The notes under the pieces were generated by a model, which had not been told where the DNA came from, did no database searches, and saw nothing but the letters and a program-made list of their open reading frames with translations. Position numbers and translations under genes: made by a program. From an uncultured Candidatus Binatia bacterium (GTDB taxonomy: Bacteria > Desulfobacterota > Binatia > Bin18), in NCBI GenBank assembly GCA_965214605.1, contig OZ243961.1:2784001-2848000 (forward strand): DNA of 64,000 nt, given 5' to 3'. Below, piece by piece: positions 9,432 through 19,809 of this stretch; position 1 is the stretch's first letter; every line of letters begins with the position of its first letter.

Positions 9432-12400
9432 TTAAATCCCACGCGGCCGGATATAGCGCTGGTAGACTTTGGGCAGCTCGGTCGGCAGCGAGGCCACATC
9501 GTCGAGCACCAAGTAGCGCGACGGTTCGCACATCTCGCGTAAATAATCATGGCCGGCCTTATCAACCGTCAGACAGAAGGTCAGCACCCCGGCCTCTTCG
9601 GCTTCGCGCAGGGCAACCATGGTGTCCCGAATACCGTACGTCGTGGAGCGTCGATCCGGACCGTAATCCATGTCTTGAGGAAAGCCATCACTCAGCAGGA
9701 TTAAGAGCTTGACCCGACACGCCATCTCTTTGAGTTTTTCCAAAGAATGCCGCACCGCCGGGCCCATCCGGGTCGAGCGTTTGGGTTCGATGGCGCCGAT
9801 GCGCCCTTTGACTGTCGGCGACAAAGCCTCGACAAACGACTTGACGTGGTAGAATTCGATGTTGTCCTTTCCCTGGCCTGAGAAACCATAGATGGCGTAG
9901 GAGTCGCCGATCTCTTCGAGGGCCTCTGCCATGAGCACCAAGGTCTCTTTGGTGACGTCGATAATGCGGCGCGGAGCGGCACGGGCTGGGGGCGCCTGCC
10001 GGTCATCGGACTCTTTGTCTCCGGCGTCACGCGCCAGCGGCTCGTCCGTTGAGGCGCTCATATCGAGCAAAAAGAGGGCGGCCACATCGCGCTCGGTCTG
10101 ACGCCGTTCGGTGTACAGCTTGGCCGAGGGAACGAGCCGGGTGCGCATATCGACCACCGCCGTCACCACGGCGTTCAGATCATACTCGTGGCCGTCTTCA
10201 AGGCCACGCACCAGCCGATACTGTTCCGGCCGGATGCGTTGGAACTCGTGCTTGATAGCCGGGGTAAGGGCCGTATAATTGTTGAGCGTCTGAGCAAAGA
10301 ATTCGCCGGCGTCACCGGTCAGAACGATCTCCCGTAAGCGACACCAACGGGTGCGGTAGTCGGCGATCTGATAGTCCCACTCGTCATAGTAAAAGGTCAG
10401 GCCTTCTTCGCGTTGGGGGTGACGGTGGACGCCCGGAATGGCCGGATCGTTCGTGGCGGTGATTTGCTCCATGTCGCCTTGGCCCGGAAGTTTCCCAGTC
10501 AAGTCGCTGACGTATAGCCCTTGAGGAGTGAGCTTGTTCTGCTTGCCCTCACGAATCTGGAGGTCGACACCAGCCTCAATCAGGGCTTTGAGTTCTTCGG
10601 CCGACAGGGGACTCTCGCCCTCTTCCTCCTCCGTTTTGTCCTCTAACTGCAACTTGGGCATATCGATCGGCTCTTGAGCCGGCGGTGGACTCTCGTCATC
10701 ATCCATGTCCGGATCAATCAACGCATCACCGCTCAATTTGTCAAAGACGAGAGAGCCAAAGTCCGAAGCGTCGTCCGGGTTGAGACGAGCGGCGGCCAGC
10801 GAGGATAGGAGCCGCAGGTAGATCTTGGCCGCTGTTATGGCCGAGTCGTACACCGACCAAGTGGACGCTGTATTCTGTTGGAATCGGAGATTGTCCTCAT
10901 GCACTTTGTGCCCGTTTGTGGTGAGCTGATGGGCAGAGGGCAGCAGGTCTGACCACAGTGCGCTCAGGGAAACGAGGGTTTCGGGCAGCAGGGAGGGCAG
11001 GGACGCGTCGTTCAGCCACGTCACGTCTGCGCTGAGGCCTCGATAGACCGTGGCCAGGCAGGCTTGGACACGCTGGGTTTCGGTGAGTACAAACAGTGCC
11101 TCAACAATGTCGGGATGAACAAAGCAGCGAAAATACTCGGCGAGGCCGCCTACCGGAGTCGCATCTTTACGCATGATTTGACGGACCGCGGGCGGGAGAT
11201 CTGACCAGAGCCGGCCAAGCGAGAACTCGTAGGTGCCGAACTCGCGGCGGCCGGCCTGCTGAGCGGCTAAGGTACGGAACAACCGAAAGTTTTCCTCGTA
11301 GGTCTCAAAGACCTCAATCCGGCCCGGCAGGGGAAGTTCCTCGCCGCAGCTCATGGCTTCTTCAAGCGCGGGTGGGTAGGAGAAAAACTCTTGGCGTCGA
11401 ATGCCGACGGGGGTGCCGGTCAACATCTGGACGTATTTACGCAGCAATTCCTGGACATCGTCGAGATCAATGCCCGGAGACATCTGGCGCAGGACCTGAA
11501 AGCTGGTGCGTGACTCCAGGGCAAAATAGGCGAGCCCGGCCTCGGGGGTGTCGACGGCGATGCGCGCGCCTGTTGCTAACCAGTCCTGGAGCCCCTTATG
11601 ACCGGTTTCTTCATACGCCCGGGGTAAGGCCCGGAGCAGCGGCGGGATGGCAGCCGGAAAGGTGTTGGCGAGGCTGATCAAGCGGTGTTGCAGGTCTGGC
11701 TGTTGAGCCAGCCCCACGGCCTTGGCCACCGGTTCCAGCAACGGGAGTAGACCCGCGACCGCTGGCGGGACTGAACGAATCACCGGGGTCAGGGCGGACA
11801 GATAAAAAGACCGCAGCACTGGACTGAGGCTTGACAGGGTTGGTGGCAGACCAAAAAAAATCTCATTGGCCGCTGTGGCAGATCGGTCGGCCGCCTGTTG
11901 GACGGTGGACAGAAACGCCAGACGTTGGGGCTGACTCAAGGCCACAAAACCGTCTGGCAAACGTGTATAAAACGTCCACGGTCCAGACTCTTGGACCAGG
12001 ACGCCGAGTTTTGCCCAGGCCGCTATTTCCTCGGGACTCAGCACTGGGAGGGCGGCGGCTGCCGACGAGAAATAGGACACGGCCAGAAACTCCCCCTTCC
12101 AGCCTTTGCAGCCCAGCAGAAGCCGCCCCTGCTCGGCCCAAGCACGCAGGCGCGGGCCAAAGGGGACGGGCAGCTGATCAAAAAGCGGGGCCGAGGCTTG
12201 GAAGAACTGTGTCCCAAGGCGACGTGAGACCCGCAGGACATCACGACCGATCGCGACCCATTCTTGGGCCTGCTCAAGGCCGCGCCGTCGTACCAAGTCA
12301 GGTGGAATCGCAAAATAGGCAACCGCGCCGTCGCGTGAAGCTGGAACTTGCCCAGCCAAGTCCTCGCCGACTGCCGTCCAGCGTCCAAAACCCTCGGCGC

Positions 12401-12614
12401 CAAACACCCGCCAGGCGGTCGGCGCTTGACGACAAAAGGCTTGGGCCAGGGTCAGTGAGATCTCGGCCAGCCGGTCCCCTGTGCTCAGAATCGTCTCGCG
12501 TACCTCGGATGTCAGCGCTTCGAGTTCGGCCGACAGCGTCCGGCCCGGTTCGTCTCCAAGCAGATGGCGGGTATCAAACCACAGGTGACGGAGGGAAGAC
12601 ATCAGAGATAACAC
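9432..12614 (-). CDS. Large NorD/CbbO-type VWA-domain protein (1060 aa)
   Basis: YYDEWDY..RTRWC motif, [23 protein letters not shown] and LLSDGFPQD; long helical N-terminal region. Confidence 0.85.
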   Translation of the reverse strand: MLSLMSSLRHLWFDTRHLLGDEPGRTLSAELEALTSEVRETILSTGDRLAEISLTLAQAFCRQAPTAWRVFGAEGFGRWTAVGEDLAGQVPASRDGAVAYFAIPPDLVRRRGLEQAQEWVAIGRDVLRVSRRLGTQFFQASAPLFDQLPVPFGPRLRAWAEQGRLLLGCKGWKGEFLAVSYFSSAAAALPVLSPEEIAAWAKLGVLVQESGPWTFYTRLPDGFVALSQPQRLAFLSTVQQAADRSATAANEIFFGLPPTLSSLSPVLRSFYLSALTPVIRSVPPAVAGLLPLLEPVAKAVGLAQQPDLQHRLISLANTFPAAIPPLLRALPRAYEETGHKGLQDWLATGARIAVDTPEAGLAYFALESRTSFQVLRQMSPGIDLDDVQELLRKYVQMLTGTPVGIRRQEFFSYPPALEEAMSCGEELPLPGRIEVFETYEENFRLFRTLAAQQAGRREFGTYEFSLGRLWSDLPPAVRQIMRKDATPVGGLAEYFRCFVHPDIVEALFVLTETQRVQACLATVYRGLSADVTWLNDASLPSLLPETLVSLSALWSDLLPSAHQLTTNGHKVHEDNLRFQQNTASTWSVYDSAITAAKIYLRLLSSLAAARLNPDDASDFGSLVFDKLSGDALIDPDMDDDESPPPAQEPIDMPKLQLEDKTEEEEGESPLSAEELKALIEAGVDLQIREGKQNKLTPQGLYVSDLTGKLPGQGDMEQITATNDPAIPGVHRHPQREEGLTFYYDEWDYQIADYRTRWCRLREIVLTGDAGEFFAQTLNNYTALTPAIKHEFQRIRPEQYRLVRGLEDGHEYDLNAVVTAVVDMRTRLVPSAKLYTERRQTERDVAALFLLDMSASTDEPLARDAGDKESDDRQAPPARAAPRRIIDVTKETLVLMAEALEEIGDSYAIYGFSGQGKDNIEFYHVKSFVEALSPTVKGRIGAIEPKRSTRMGPAVRHSLEKLKEMACRVKLLILLSDGFPQDMDYGPDRRSTTYGIRDTMVALREAEEAGVLTFCLTVDKAGHDYLREMCEPSRYLVLDDVASLPTELPKVYQRYIRPRGI

Positions 12615-12637
12615 CGAAGAGGACCGGCCGCCCCGCT

Positions 12638-13552
12638 TTAGACGTAGGTCAACCAGTGCCTATAGCTGCTGTCCGTTCCCTTGGTGAGGGCAAAGAAACG
12701 CTGTTGGAGGAAACGAGTCACTGCTCCGGGGGTCTCGCCGCGGATAGGTCGGTCGTCGAGTTCGCGGATAGGGGTCACTTCCGCGGCCGTGCCGGTGAAG
12801 AAAACCTCGTCAGCAAGATAGATATCGTCTCGCGTGAGGGGTTCTTCGGACAGGGGATAGCCGCCGTCGCGTAGCAGGGTGATCACCGTGTCGCGGGTGA
12901 TGCCGGGCAGCAGTGAGGTGGAGAGGGGTGGGGTTCTGATTTTCCCCTTACGGACGACAAAAATATTTTCGCCCGGACCTTCAGCCACATGGCCCTCGGT
13001 ATCTAACAACAGGGCTTCGTCATAGCCTAAAGCCCACACTTCCTGTCCGGCTAAAATGGCGTTCAGATAGGTTCCGACCGCTTTTGCTTTAGTCATCAGG
13101 GTATTGACGTGGAAGCGCTGAAAGGACGAGGTCTTAACCCGAATCCCGTTTTTCAGACCCTCTTCACCCAGGTAAGCTCCCCACGCCCAAGCGGCGACCG
13201 CCACCCGAATGGGGTTTGTCCGGGCATGCAACCCACGGTCGCCCTCGCCGACAAACACGAGCGGTCGGATATAGCACTCTTTGAGATTATTGACCCGGAC
13301 CGTTTCTAAACACGCGTGGGTGAGGTGCTCAGGCGTAAACGGAATTTTGAGATCAAGGATATGGGCCGAGTCAAATAAACGCTCAATATGCTCGGCAAGA
13401 CGGAAGACTGCCGAACGGCCGTCCTCACCGGCGTAGCAACGAATGCCCTCAAACACGCCGACGCCGTAGTGGAGGGTGTGAGTGAGCACATGCACATTGG
13501 CCTCGTGCCAAGCGACAAACTCGCCGTCCATCCAAATTTTGCCGTTTTCCAC
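12638..13552 (-). CDS. ilvE: Branched-chain amino acid aminotransferase
   Basis: LTHTLHYGVGVFEGIRCY, AKAVGTY, EGPGENIF, LPGITR, TGTAAEVTPI. Confidence 0.95.
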   Translation of the reverse strand: MENGKIWMDGEFVAWHEANVHVLTHTLHYGVGVFEGIRCYAGEDGRSAVFRLAEHIERLFDSAHILDLKIPFTPEHLTHACLETVRVNNLKECYIRPLVFVGEGDRGLHARTNPIRVAVAAWAWGAYLGEEGLKNGIRVKTSSFQRFHVNTLMTKAKAVGTYLNAILAGQEVWALGYDEALLLDTEGHVAEGPGENIFVVRKGKIRTPPLSTSLLPGITRDTVITLLRDGGYPLSEEPLTRDDIYLADEVFFTGTAAEVTPIRELDDRPIRGETPGAVTRFLQQRFFALTKGTDSSYRHWLTYV

Positions 13553-13763
13553 GCCGTCCTCCTTCGCAAGAAGCTCCCTGCAAATCAGAACACTTAGCGA
13601 AAGTCAATGGAGGAATGGGGAGCTCTTATGGGACGTACTGTCCATGGATGCGCGAAGATGGATTGTTCCCTTTATGAAGTTGATAGCGGTTCTATTGGTT
13701 GGAGTCTTATGCACAGGGACCAGTGCGGTTGGGGCGGTTCGTTACGGGAGTGCGCGACAAGAG

Positions 13764-13795
13764 CAAAGTAGAGCGGGACCGCCCGCTCTACTTTG
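13764..13795. terminator. Perfect 14-bp inverted repeat; probable terminator or REP-like hairpin
   Basis: CAAAGTAGAGCGGG-accg-CCCGCTCTACTTTG, about 55 nt downstream of the minus-strand gene ending at 13851. Confidence 0.55.
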
Positions 13796-13850
13796 TCGGG
13801 CTGCTTTCATTCATTCCTGTCGATCGAAATGTTGACGAAAAAAGAGAAAC

Positions 13851-14849
13851 TCACGCCTCCTCTGTGTCGTGTAAGATCTGTCTGGCTTTCCTAGAGCCGG
13901 TTTTTGTGCCGTGTCTGCGGGCCGCTAGCCGGGCGAGAGAAATATGGCCTAGGAAGTGCTGCTGCTCGACTAGATGCAGCCGGGCCGAAAACGCGGTCTT
14001 GTCAAGCACGGCGAGCTCGCCGCCGATGAGGACCACGTTGCCCCCCACCACGGGAACCACCACGCTGCGCGGCCACGCCATCTCGAAGGTTGTACGGGCG
14101 GCCTCATAGCTGGAGATGCCTGAGTGCAGGTTAGTGGCAACCACACCGCCCGGAGCCAGACAGGCTCGACATTCGGTGTAAAATTCTTGGGTGGTCAAAT
14201 GGTATGGCACACCCTCAACGCGGTAGGCGTCGAGCAAGATCAGGTCATAGAACCGCCGGCCAGCGGTCTGGCGCAGATATTCCCGGCCGTCCTGGACGGT
14301 GATCTGTTGGCGGCCGTCTTGGATAATGCCAAAGAAGCGTTCGGCTGCCTCAACGACAAGCGCATCAAGCTCAACGGTATGCAGCGTCACTCGCTCCAGA
14401 TAGTGGTGGAGCACCATTTGCAAGCGTCCCCCGCCCAGGCCGATGAGGAGAATGCGTAGGGATTGGGGCCGCCAGATCAGAGGGAGGAGCATGGCTTGGG
14501 TATAGGCTGAGGGGAGCACAAGGGGGTCACTGAGGTCAAGCCGTGACTCGATTTCCTCAACCTGGCTGCGCGGGTGGCGGTAACACAGCAAGAGCTGGTT
14601 TCTTGTGCGGCGGACAATGATGTGGTTATAGGCCGAGACCTGCTCGTGCACGATGCCGGACCGAGCTGCGGCACGGACGGCGGCCAGACGTTGGCAAATG
14701 GCGGCCAAGTTGTGCTTTTGCCAGGCGGAGAAGACGGCCGGACGAGGGGGAGAGGTGAACGACGCTCTCTTGGTGATGAGGAGGTCCTCATCGCTGCCCT
14801 TTGAGGAGCGTGCCGAGAGTCTGTGCCGCATCCAACTCATCCAGCTCAT
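13851..14849 (-). CDS. Spermidine synthase-like class I SAM-dependent methyltransferase
   Basis: ILLIGLGGG, VELDALVV, DGREYL, YDLILLDAY, HLTTQEFY, LAPGGVV. Confidence 0.8.
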   Translation of the reverse strand: MSWMSWMRHRLSARSSKGSDEDLLITKRASFTSPPRPAVFSAWQKHNLAAICQRLAAVRAAARSGIVHEQVSAYNHIIVRRTRNQLLLCYRHPRSQVEEIESRLDLSDPLVLPSAYTQAMLLPLIWRPQSLRILLIGLGGGRLQMVLHHYLERVTLHTVELDALVVEAAERFFGIIQDGRQQITVQDGREYLRQTAGRRFYDLILLDAYRVEGVPYHLTTQEFYTECRACLAPGGVVATNLHSGISSYEAARTTFEMAWPRSVVVPVVGGNVVLIGGELAVLDKTAFSARLHLVEQQHFLGHISLARLAARRHGTKTGSRKARQILHDTEEA

Positions 14850-14926
14850 TGAGAGTGTCCGACCTAGGCTGCGTGGGCCGCTCGGTCTTGCCCGCTCAGC
14901 CTTACCTCGGGTCCGTATTTATGGTG

Positions 14927-15343
14927 TCATTTGACCGTGGCGATGGCGAGGCGGTGAAGACCCTCAGTCCGAGCCAGATCCATCACACTCACCACCCGAC
15001 CGTGCTGAACCTCTTGGTCGGCGCGGACCACGAGTGTAATCTCACTGCCCTTTTCCCGCTCGGCCTGGAACACGTCCTGAAGTCGCTCAAGGCTCGTCTC
15101 TTGTTCGTTCAAAAACAGGCCGCCGCTCTTGTCTAGACTCACGGTGAGGCGTTTTCGTTCCACTTGAGGGACAGCTGAAGAGGCCTCGGGCAGGCTGACG
15201 TCAACCTGTCCTTCTCTAGCCTGATTAAATGTGGCTAGAAAGCTGAAAGTGATGAAGAAGAAGATGAACATGTTCATGATGATGTCGGTCAGCGCCACCG
15301 AGTCGAGGCTCAGGTTGGGTTGTGAGTGCTTGCTAAACTGCAT
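14927..15343 (-). CDS. exbD: ExbD/TolR family protein (copy 2)
   Basis: TM helix ALTDIIMNMFIFFFI with the conserved Asp; VSLPEA; VRADQEVQHGRVVSVMD. Confidence 0.9.
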   Translation of the reverse strand: MQFSKHSQPNLSLDSVALTDIIMNMFIFFFITFSFLATFNQAREGQVDVSLPEASSAVPQVERKRLTVSLDKSGGLFLNEQETSLERLQDVFQAEREKGSEITLVVRADQEVQHGRVVSVMDLARTEGLHRLAIATVK

Positions 15344-15995
15344 CGCTGAGCGACTCCTGGAGCTGAGCTTGGGTGAGCATGTCGACGAGGCTTTCGGTAT
15401 GTTCTTCGGTGAGTCGGGTCAGATATCTGACCCGGGTGGTGAGGTGATGATAGATCAGATAGTACGGAATCGTCACACTGAGACCGGCGGCGGTGGTAAT
15501 CATGGCTTCGTAGATGCCGCCAGCCAATATATTAATTGTAATCTGATCGCCCATTGCCTCCCAGCTCATAAAGGCGCGGATCAGACCAATAATGGTGCCC
15601 AGAAATCCCAACATCGGTGCCACCCCAACCACAGCGGCTAGTATGCCCAGATAGGACTCCAGACCGGCGACTACAGCCCCGCCTAAACGTTCAAGCCGCC
15701 GGGTCAATTCGCTAGAAGCGAACTCACGGTACACAATGGCGGCTTCAAACAGCCGACTGAGCGGGCTGGTGTATTCCCGGCAGACGCTCAGAGCGAGCGA
15801 GATATTGCCCTCGGCCAGCTGTGCCTCAAGACGTCGGTTGAGGGTGCTGAGGTGGTTCCGAAAGCGCCACAGGGACCAGAATTTGGCCAGTACAACGGCC
15901 AAGGCGACTACCGACAGGGCGGCGATTATGAACAGTACGGTGCCGCCCTTGGCTAGAAAGAGCCAGACTCCTTGATCTGTTGGTGAAATGGTGAT
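15333..15995 (-). CDS. exbB: MotA/TolQ/ExbB proton channel (copy 2); start probably the non-canonical ATC at 15995
   Basis: APMLGFLGTIIG and GIYEAMITTAAGL. The frame continues upstream of TTG 15902 as QGVWLFLAKGGTVLFIIAALSVVA (TM1) up to a TGA at 16010-16008. Confidence 0.85.
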   Translation of the reverse strand: MTISPTDQGVWLFLAKGGTVLFIIAALSVVALAVVLAKFWSLWRFRNHLSTLNRRLEAQLAEGNISLALSVCREYTSPLSRLFEAAIVYREFASSELTRRLERLGGAVVAGLESYLGILAAVVGVAPMLGFLGTIIGLIRAFMSWEAMGDQITINILAGGIYEAMITTAAGLSVTIPYYLIYHHLTTRVRYLTRLTEEHTESLVDMLTQAQLQESLSDAV

Positions 15996-16065
15996 CGTGA
16001 TATCCTTTCAGCCTTTTTTGTTATCACGCTCACCGTTTTTGGCATAGCCCGGTCTTTGCCGTCGA

Positions 16066-18501
16066 TTAGACTTCACAGTTCTTGGTCACGAAATCCTGGA
16101 TCTGTTTTTTGAGCTGCGGGTCTCCTAGTCGGTTCAGCATGGCTCGGATCCCACGGGCGGTCCGACAGCCGGCCTGCGCGTTGCCAAGCGAGACGTTCAG
16201 AACGGCGGCCTCGTACGAGCCGCGAAACCAGATGGGATCCCCGGCCTGTGAGTCTTGGAGCATTTCCTCCCAGTAGGCCAGCGCTTGTTTCTTATTGCCG
16301 TTGACTTCGGCGATACGGGCTAAGCCGGCCAGGGAGACCAGGGAATAGGCTCCATCCTGGAGGTCGGCGTACAGGGTGGCCGCCTGGTCGTAATCTCTGA
16401 CATCCAGATACAGCTGGGCTAGCTCATATTTGAATTTGTCTTGGGATTCGTCGGCGGCAAAGTCGTTGCGGGCAATTTTATCGCTGTACAGGCGGGCCAG
16501 GGTCCGTTTGGCGGCCTGAAGATTTTCCGCGTCGTTCCGTTTTGTGAGGGTCCGAATGTCTTGCACTAAGACCTGGTCAAGGGCTGTGAGCAGTTCGAGA
16601 CGTTTGGCGGTGTCATAGTTGGCAAAGATGGCGTCCACGTTCTTTTCCAGCTCAACAAACAACCCGGCCTTCTCCAGCGTAATCAGCCGGACGCGGGCCA
16701 CAGTTTCAAAGGCATCTTTATGGACCGGATACTGTTGCTCGAAATCCTCTAACAGATCGGCGATCTGGGCGGCGTGAGTGTCGGTGTCCTCGCTGAGTAA
16801 GACCGCATGCATAAACTTGACCCGGCCGCGATAGTTCCTGAGATTATCGCGTTTTTTGCCCCTGGGATTCTGCCCCTCAAACGCGGCGCTACTCTCCTCA
16901 AAGGCGACCAGAGCGCCGGCGATCCGTTCTTTGAGGTCGTCGGAGCTGATCCCTAGATCTTTGTCGGGATCTTCTTCCCACTGTTCGTAGATTGAGAAGT
17001 AGCTCTGGAGGGTGGCAAAGTCGGCCCGGAACCGAAATTCGGTATTGCCGCGAACTTTCTGGTACGCATTCACGGCTTCGAGATAATTTTCCTGCCCGTG
17101 GTGATACTCGCCAAGTCGAAAGTGCGCCTCGTGCAAAGCTTTTGACCGGTTCTTGGGATCGCGCCTGATGAGCTCTCTGGCGGCGTCCACATACAGGCGA
17201 CCGTTGGTCTGATTCTGTGACCGGGCAAACAGGGCCTCGGCAGCTTTAAAACGCAGGTAGGAGGCGTTGATCACATTTTTGGACGGCTGGCTCTTTAAGT
17301 AGCTGTCTAGGGCGGTGATCGCCTGGCGTGACCTCCCGATTCTCAGCAGGGCGTCGCCGAGATAATACTGGGCGTCCTGCTTATAGCGCTGGGCGCGCGG
17401 GTCGTCTGATTCCAGGACCGTCCGGAGGACCGGAACGGCCTTAGAGTACTGGCCTTTGCGAATAAAGGTTGCCGCGTTGTTCCACGGCAGATAGGGGTTG
17501 AGGGCGAGCTTTTCGTCTTCGTTGAGCTCTTTGGCTAGCAGGGCATCGACCCTGTTCTTCCACGAGGTGTCGGCATTTTGAGATTCTTTGACCCCCAACG
17601 CCAGACCGATTGCCCGTTCCCGGGTCTCTTTGCGCTGTCTGCCCCGTTCTTGCAGGCTGCGCTCAAACAGGCTGGTGGCTTCGACTAGCTGTTGTTCGAG
17701 CAGGTCTTCGGGCGAGGGACCTTGGTTGGGGCGCCTTCCGGTCCTGGCCAAACGGCGGGTCTCTTTGAGGGCGTTGCGGACCTTGGCACGCATGCTAGTG
17801 CTGGTCGCCCGATCTTTCAGCAGCGTCTCAAAGTCTCTGATCGCCCAGTCATACTCGCCAAACTCACGCTCGCTCAGAGCACGTCCAAACAGGGCTTCAC
17901 GTTTGACGCTCGACGCCGGCCCGGAGGCGAACTCGGTGAAGCCGTTAATCGCCTCTTCGAGCAGTCTGGTTTGCCGTTCGCCCTCATACACAAAGGATCC
18001 GATATAATTGAGCCAGTTCAGAAAATACAACGAGCGGGCGGCCACATCCTGGGCGTCTCTCCACCTCGCCTCTTCATAGAGCGCCTCAAGATCACCGTCG
18101 ACAGCCATGATCTCTTGCATCCAGCGCTCCATAGCGTCGGTGTTGGCCTTGTAGATATCTTGCAGGGGCGCACTCAGGTCGGTGTAAATCTGCCGTACGG
18201 TCGAACGGTTGGTCTTGACTGCGGTGGCGAGATCGGAGGCCGCGACAAACTCCATGGCCAGCGGCCCAATGGCCGCGATGGCGTCGAGCTGGCCGTTCTT
18301 GCCGTTGTTCTTCAGCGTATTGGCGCGGCTTTTTGCCTGGGCGCTCCGGGACGACAAGTCCGAGATTGTCGCCGCGCTACTTGAACGAGGGGCTGTAAGG
18401 CCGAACACCCAGGTCAACAGGACACACACAACAACGTGAATACGGAACGCGGAACGTCTTTGAGGCCCACGCTTCATCGTTCTGATTGCTGCACTCATCA
18501 T
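16066..18501 (-). CDS. Large exported TPR-repeat protein (811 aa)
   Basis: Basic plus hydrophobic N-terminus ending SSSA|AT, signal-peptide-like; TPR-like helices ALFGRALS..YDWAIRDFE, AQYYLGDALL..AITALD, AHFRLGEYH..YLEAVNAYQ. Confidence 0.75.
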   Translation of the reverse strand: MMSAAIRTMKRGPQRRSAFRIHVVVCVLLTWVFGLTAPRSSSAATISDLSSRSAQAKSRANTLKNNGKNGQLDAIAAIGPLAMEFVAASDLATAVKTNRSTVRQIYTDLSAPLQDIYKANTDAMERWMQEIMAVDGDLEALYEEARWRDAQDVAARSLYFLNWLNYIGSFVYEGERQTRLLEEAINGFTEFASGPASSVKREALFGRALSEREFGEYDWAIRDFETLLKDRATSTSMRAKVRNALKETRRLARTGRRPNQGPSPEDLLEQQLVEATSLFERSLQERGRQRKETRERAIGLALGVKESQNADTSWKNRVDALLAKELNEDEKLALNPYLPWNNAATFIRKGQYSKAVPVLRTVLESDDPRAQRYKQDAQYYLGDALLRIGRSRQAITALDSYLKSQPSKNVINASYLRFKAAEALFARSQNQTNGRLYVDAARELIRRDPKNRSKALHEAHFRLGEYHHGQENYLEAVNAYQKVRGNTEFRFRADFATLQSYFSIYEQWEEDPDKDLGISSDDLKERIAGALVAFEESSAAFEGQNPRGKKRDNLRNYRGRVKFMHAVLLSEDTDTHAAQIADLLEDFEQQYPVHKDAFETVARVRLITLEKAGLFVELEKNVDAIFANYDTAKRLELLTALDQVLVQDIRTLTKRNDAENLQAAKRTLARLYSDKIARNDFAADESQDKFKYELAQLYLDVRDYDQAATLYADLQDGAYSLVSLAGLARIAEVNGNKKQALAYWEEMLQDSQAGDPIWFRGSYEAAVLNVSLGNAQAGCRTARGIRAMLNRLGDPQLKKQIQDFVTKNCEV

Positions 18502-18522
18502 GTGGGTTTACTCCTCATTCAA

Positions 18523-19758
18523 CTAGCTCAGGTCTCGCAGGAAGCGTTCCATTTCCGTTTCAAACCGACTGCCAAAGGTCAGGACGAGGATCTGCCTGGT
18601 CAGCTGTCTCTCGTCGGTCAGCGGAATGAACTCTCCCCCTCCGGCTTTGGCGATTGAGGCCATGGTGTCCCGGAACTCCTGATAAAAATCGGGCAAGGGG
18701 GATGGGCTAAAGGCGACGTTTGTCAGATGGGCGGTCTGTTTCCACAAGGCTCGCTCAAAGTCTTCATGCATCTTGTCGGCCAGGTCCATGGCGCTCACAT
18801 AGCCGCCCCCGGCCCGGAAGCTCTGGGCGAGATTGAGAATACTGCTGACTGATTCGGGGTGCGGAGAAGAGCCCGACACCACGACCACAATCCGCCGCGA
18901 GTTCTTGCGCCAGCTGAAATCGTGAATCGCCACATCAACGCCCTCGTACACCGCTTCGGGCCAGTCGCCCCCGCCACCGGCTTCGAGGGTGTCGAGAAAG
19001 CTCTGCAGCTTCGAGGTGTTGAAGCTGAAATCGACCCAGCGGGTGACGAACTCTTCGCCCCGATCACGATAGGCCACAATGCCAACTCGGGTGGTATCGA
19101 CCATGTTTTGGAGCGCTTCGATCATGTTGCTGAGGCGCTCTCGGACCGACTCAATCACAAACTGCATGCTGTCGGTCGCGTCCACGACAAGAGCGACGTC
19201 AATCCCGACCCGACGGAGACCACCGACGCGGTCGCCGATGTCACCGCCGACCACACCGTTGAGCGATCCGCTCAGATTGGTGATCTGGGTAGTCAGCCCT
19301 TTGAGATCATCAGAGGTACGACCTACCTGAATCGTGACCGGACTGAAGGCGTTACTCACAATCGGCAAGGCGGTCGGCTTGATGGCCGCGACACGGCCAG
19401 CCAACGGCGGGGGGCCCTCCGACCACTTCTTAACCTTCTTATGCGGCAGCATATCCATTGATAAGGCCCCGGGTAGGTCTCGCAGAGACGGCTCACCCTC
19501 CCAGTCGTCCGGATTTTGTTCGTCGACCTGCGCCGCCGGGTCTTGCGCCGCCGGTAGGGCAGCCACTTTTATGAGCTTGCGGTCGTTGTTGATTACGGTC
19601 ACGGCGGTGGTGGCAAACACCGACAGCAGCAGTAGATGGGCGACGGTGGAGACGGCAAACCAGCGCGCGTTCTTGCCGAACCGGCCTCTGGAAAGCCACA
19701 GGTCTTCTTGGATGTCGGTGACACCGGGCTGGATGTGTTCTTTTTCAGCAGAAGCCAT
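18523..19758 (-). CDS. Membrane-anchored VWA-domain protein with a TonB/TolA-like SxxxH TM helix
   Basis: TM WFAVSTVAHLLLLSVFA; Pro/acidic linker; VWA domain IDVALVVDATDSM, VGIVAYRD, GGGGDWPEA, IAKAGGGEF. Confidence 0.8.
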   Translation of the reverse strand: MASAEKEHIQPGVTDIQEDLWLSRGRFGKNARWFAVSTVAHLLLLSVFATTAVTVINNDRKLIKVAALPAAQDPAAQVDEQNPDDWEGEPSLRDLPGALSMDMLPHKKVKKWSEGPPPLAGRVAAIKPTALPIVSNAFSPVTIQVGRTSDDLKGLTTQITNLSGSLNGVVGGDIGDRVGGLRRVGIDVALVVDATDSMQFVIESVRERLSNMIEALQNMVDTTRVGIVAYRDRGEEFVTRWVDFSFNTSKLQSFLDTLEAGGGGDWPEAVYEGVDVAIHDFSWRKNSRRIVVVVSGSSPHPESVSSILNLAQSFRAGGGYVSAMDLADKMHEDFERALWKQTAHLTNVAFSPSPLPDFYQEFRDTMASIAKAGGGEFIPLTDERQLTRQILVLTFGSRFETEMERFLRDLS

Positions 19759-19809
19759 AGGAGTACTCCTCCTCTTCCGGCTCCTCTCAGAGCCGAAGAG
19801 CGTGCGGTC

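Noticed and set aside
11831-12874. 347-aa + strand ORF
   Set aside because: Antisense shadow of the NorD-like gene and ilvE; Arg/Pro-rich with no motifs.
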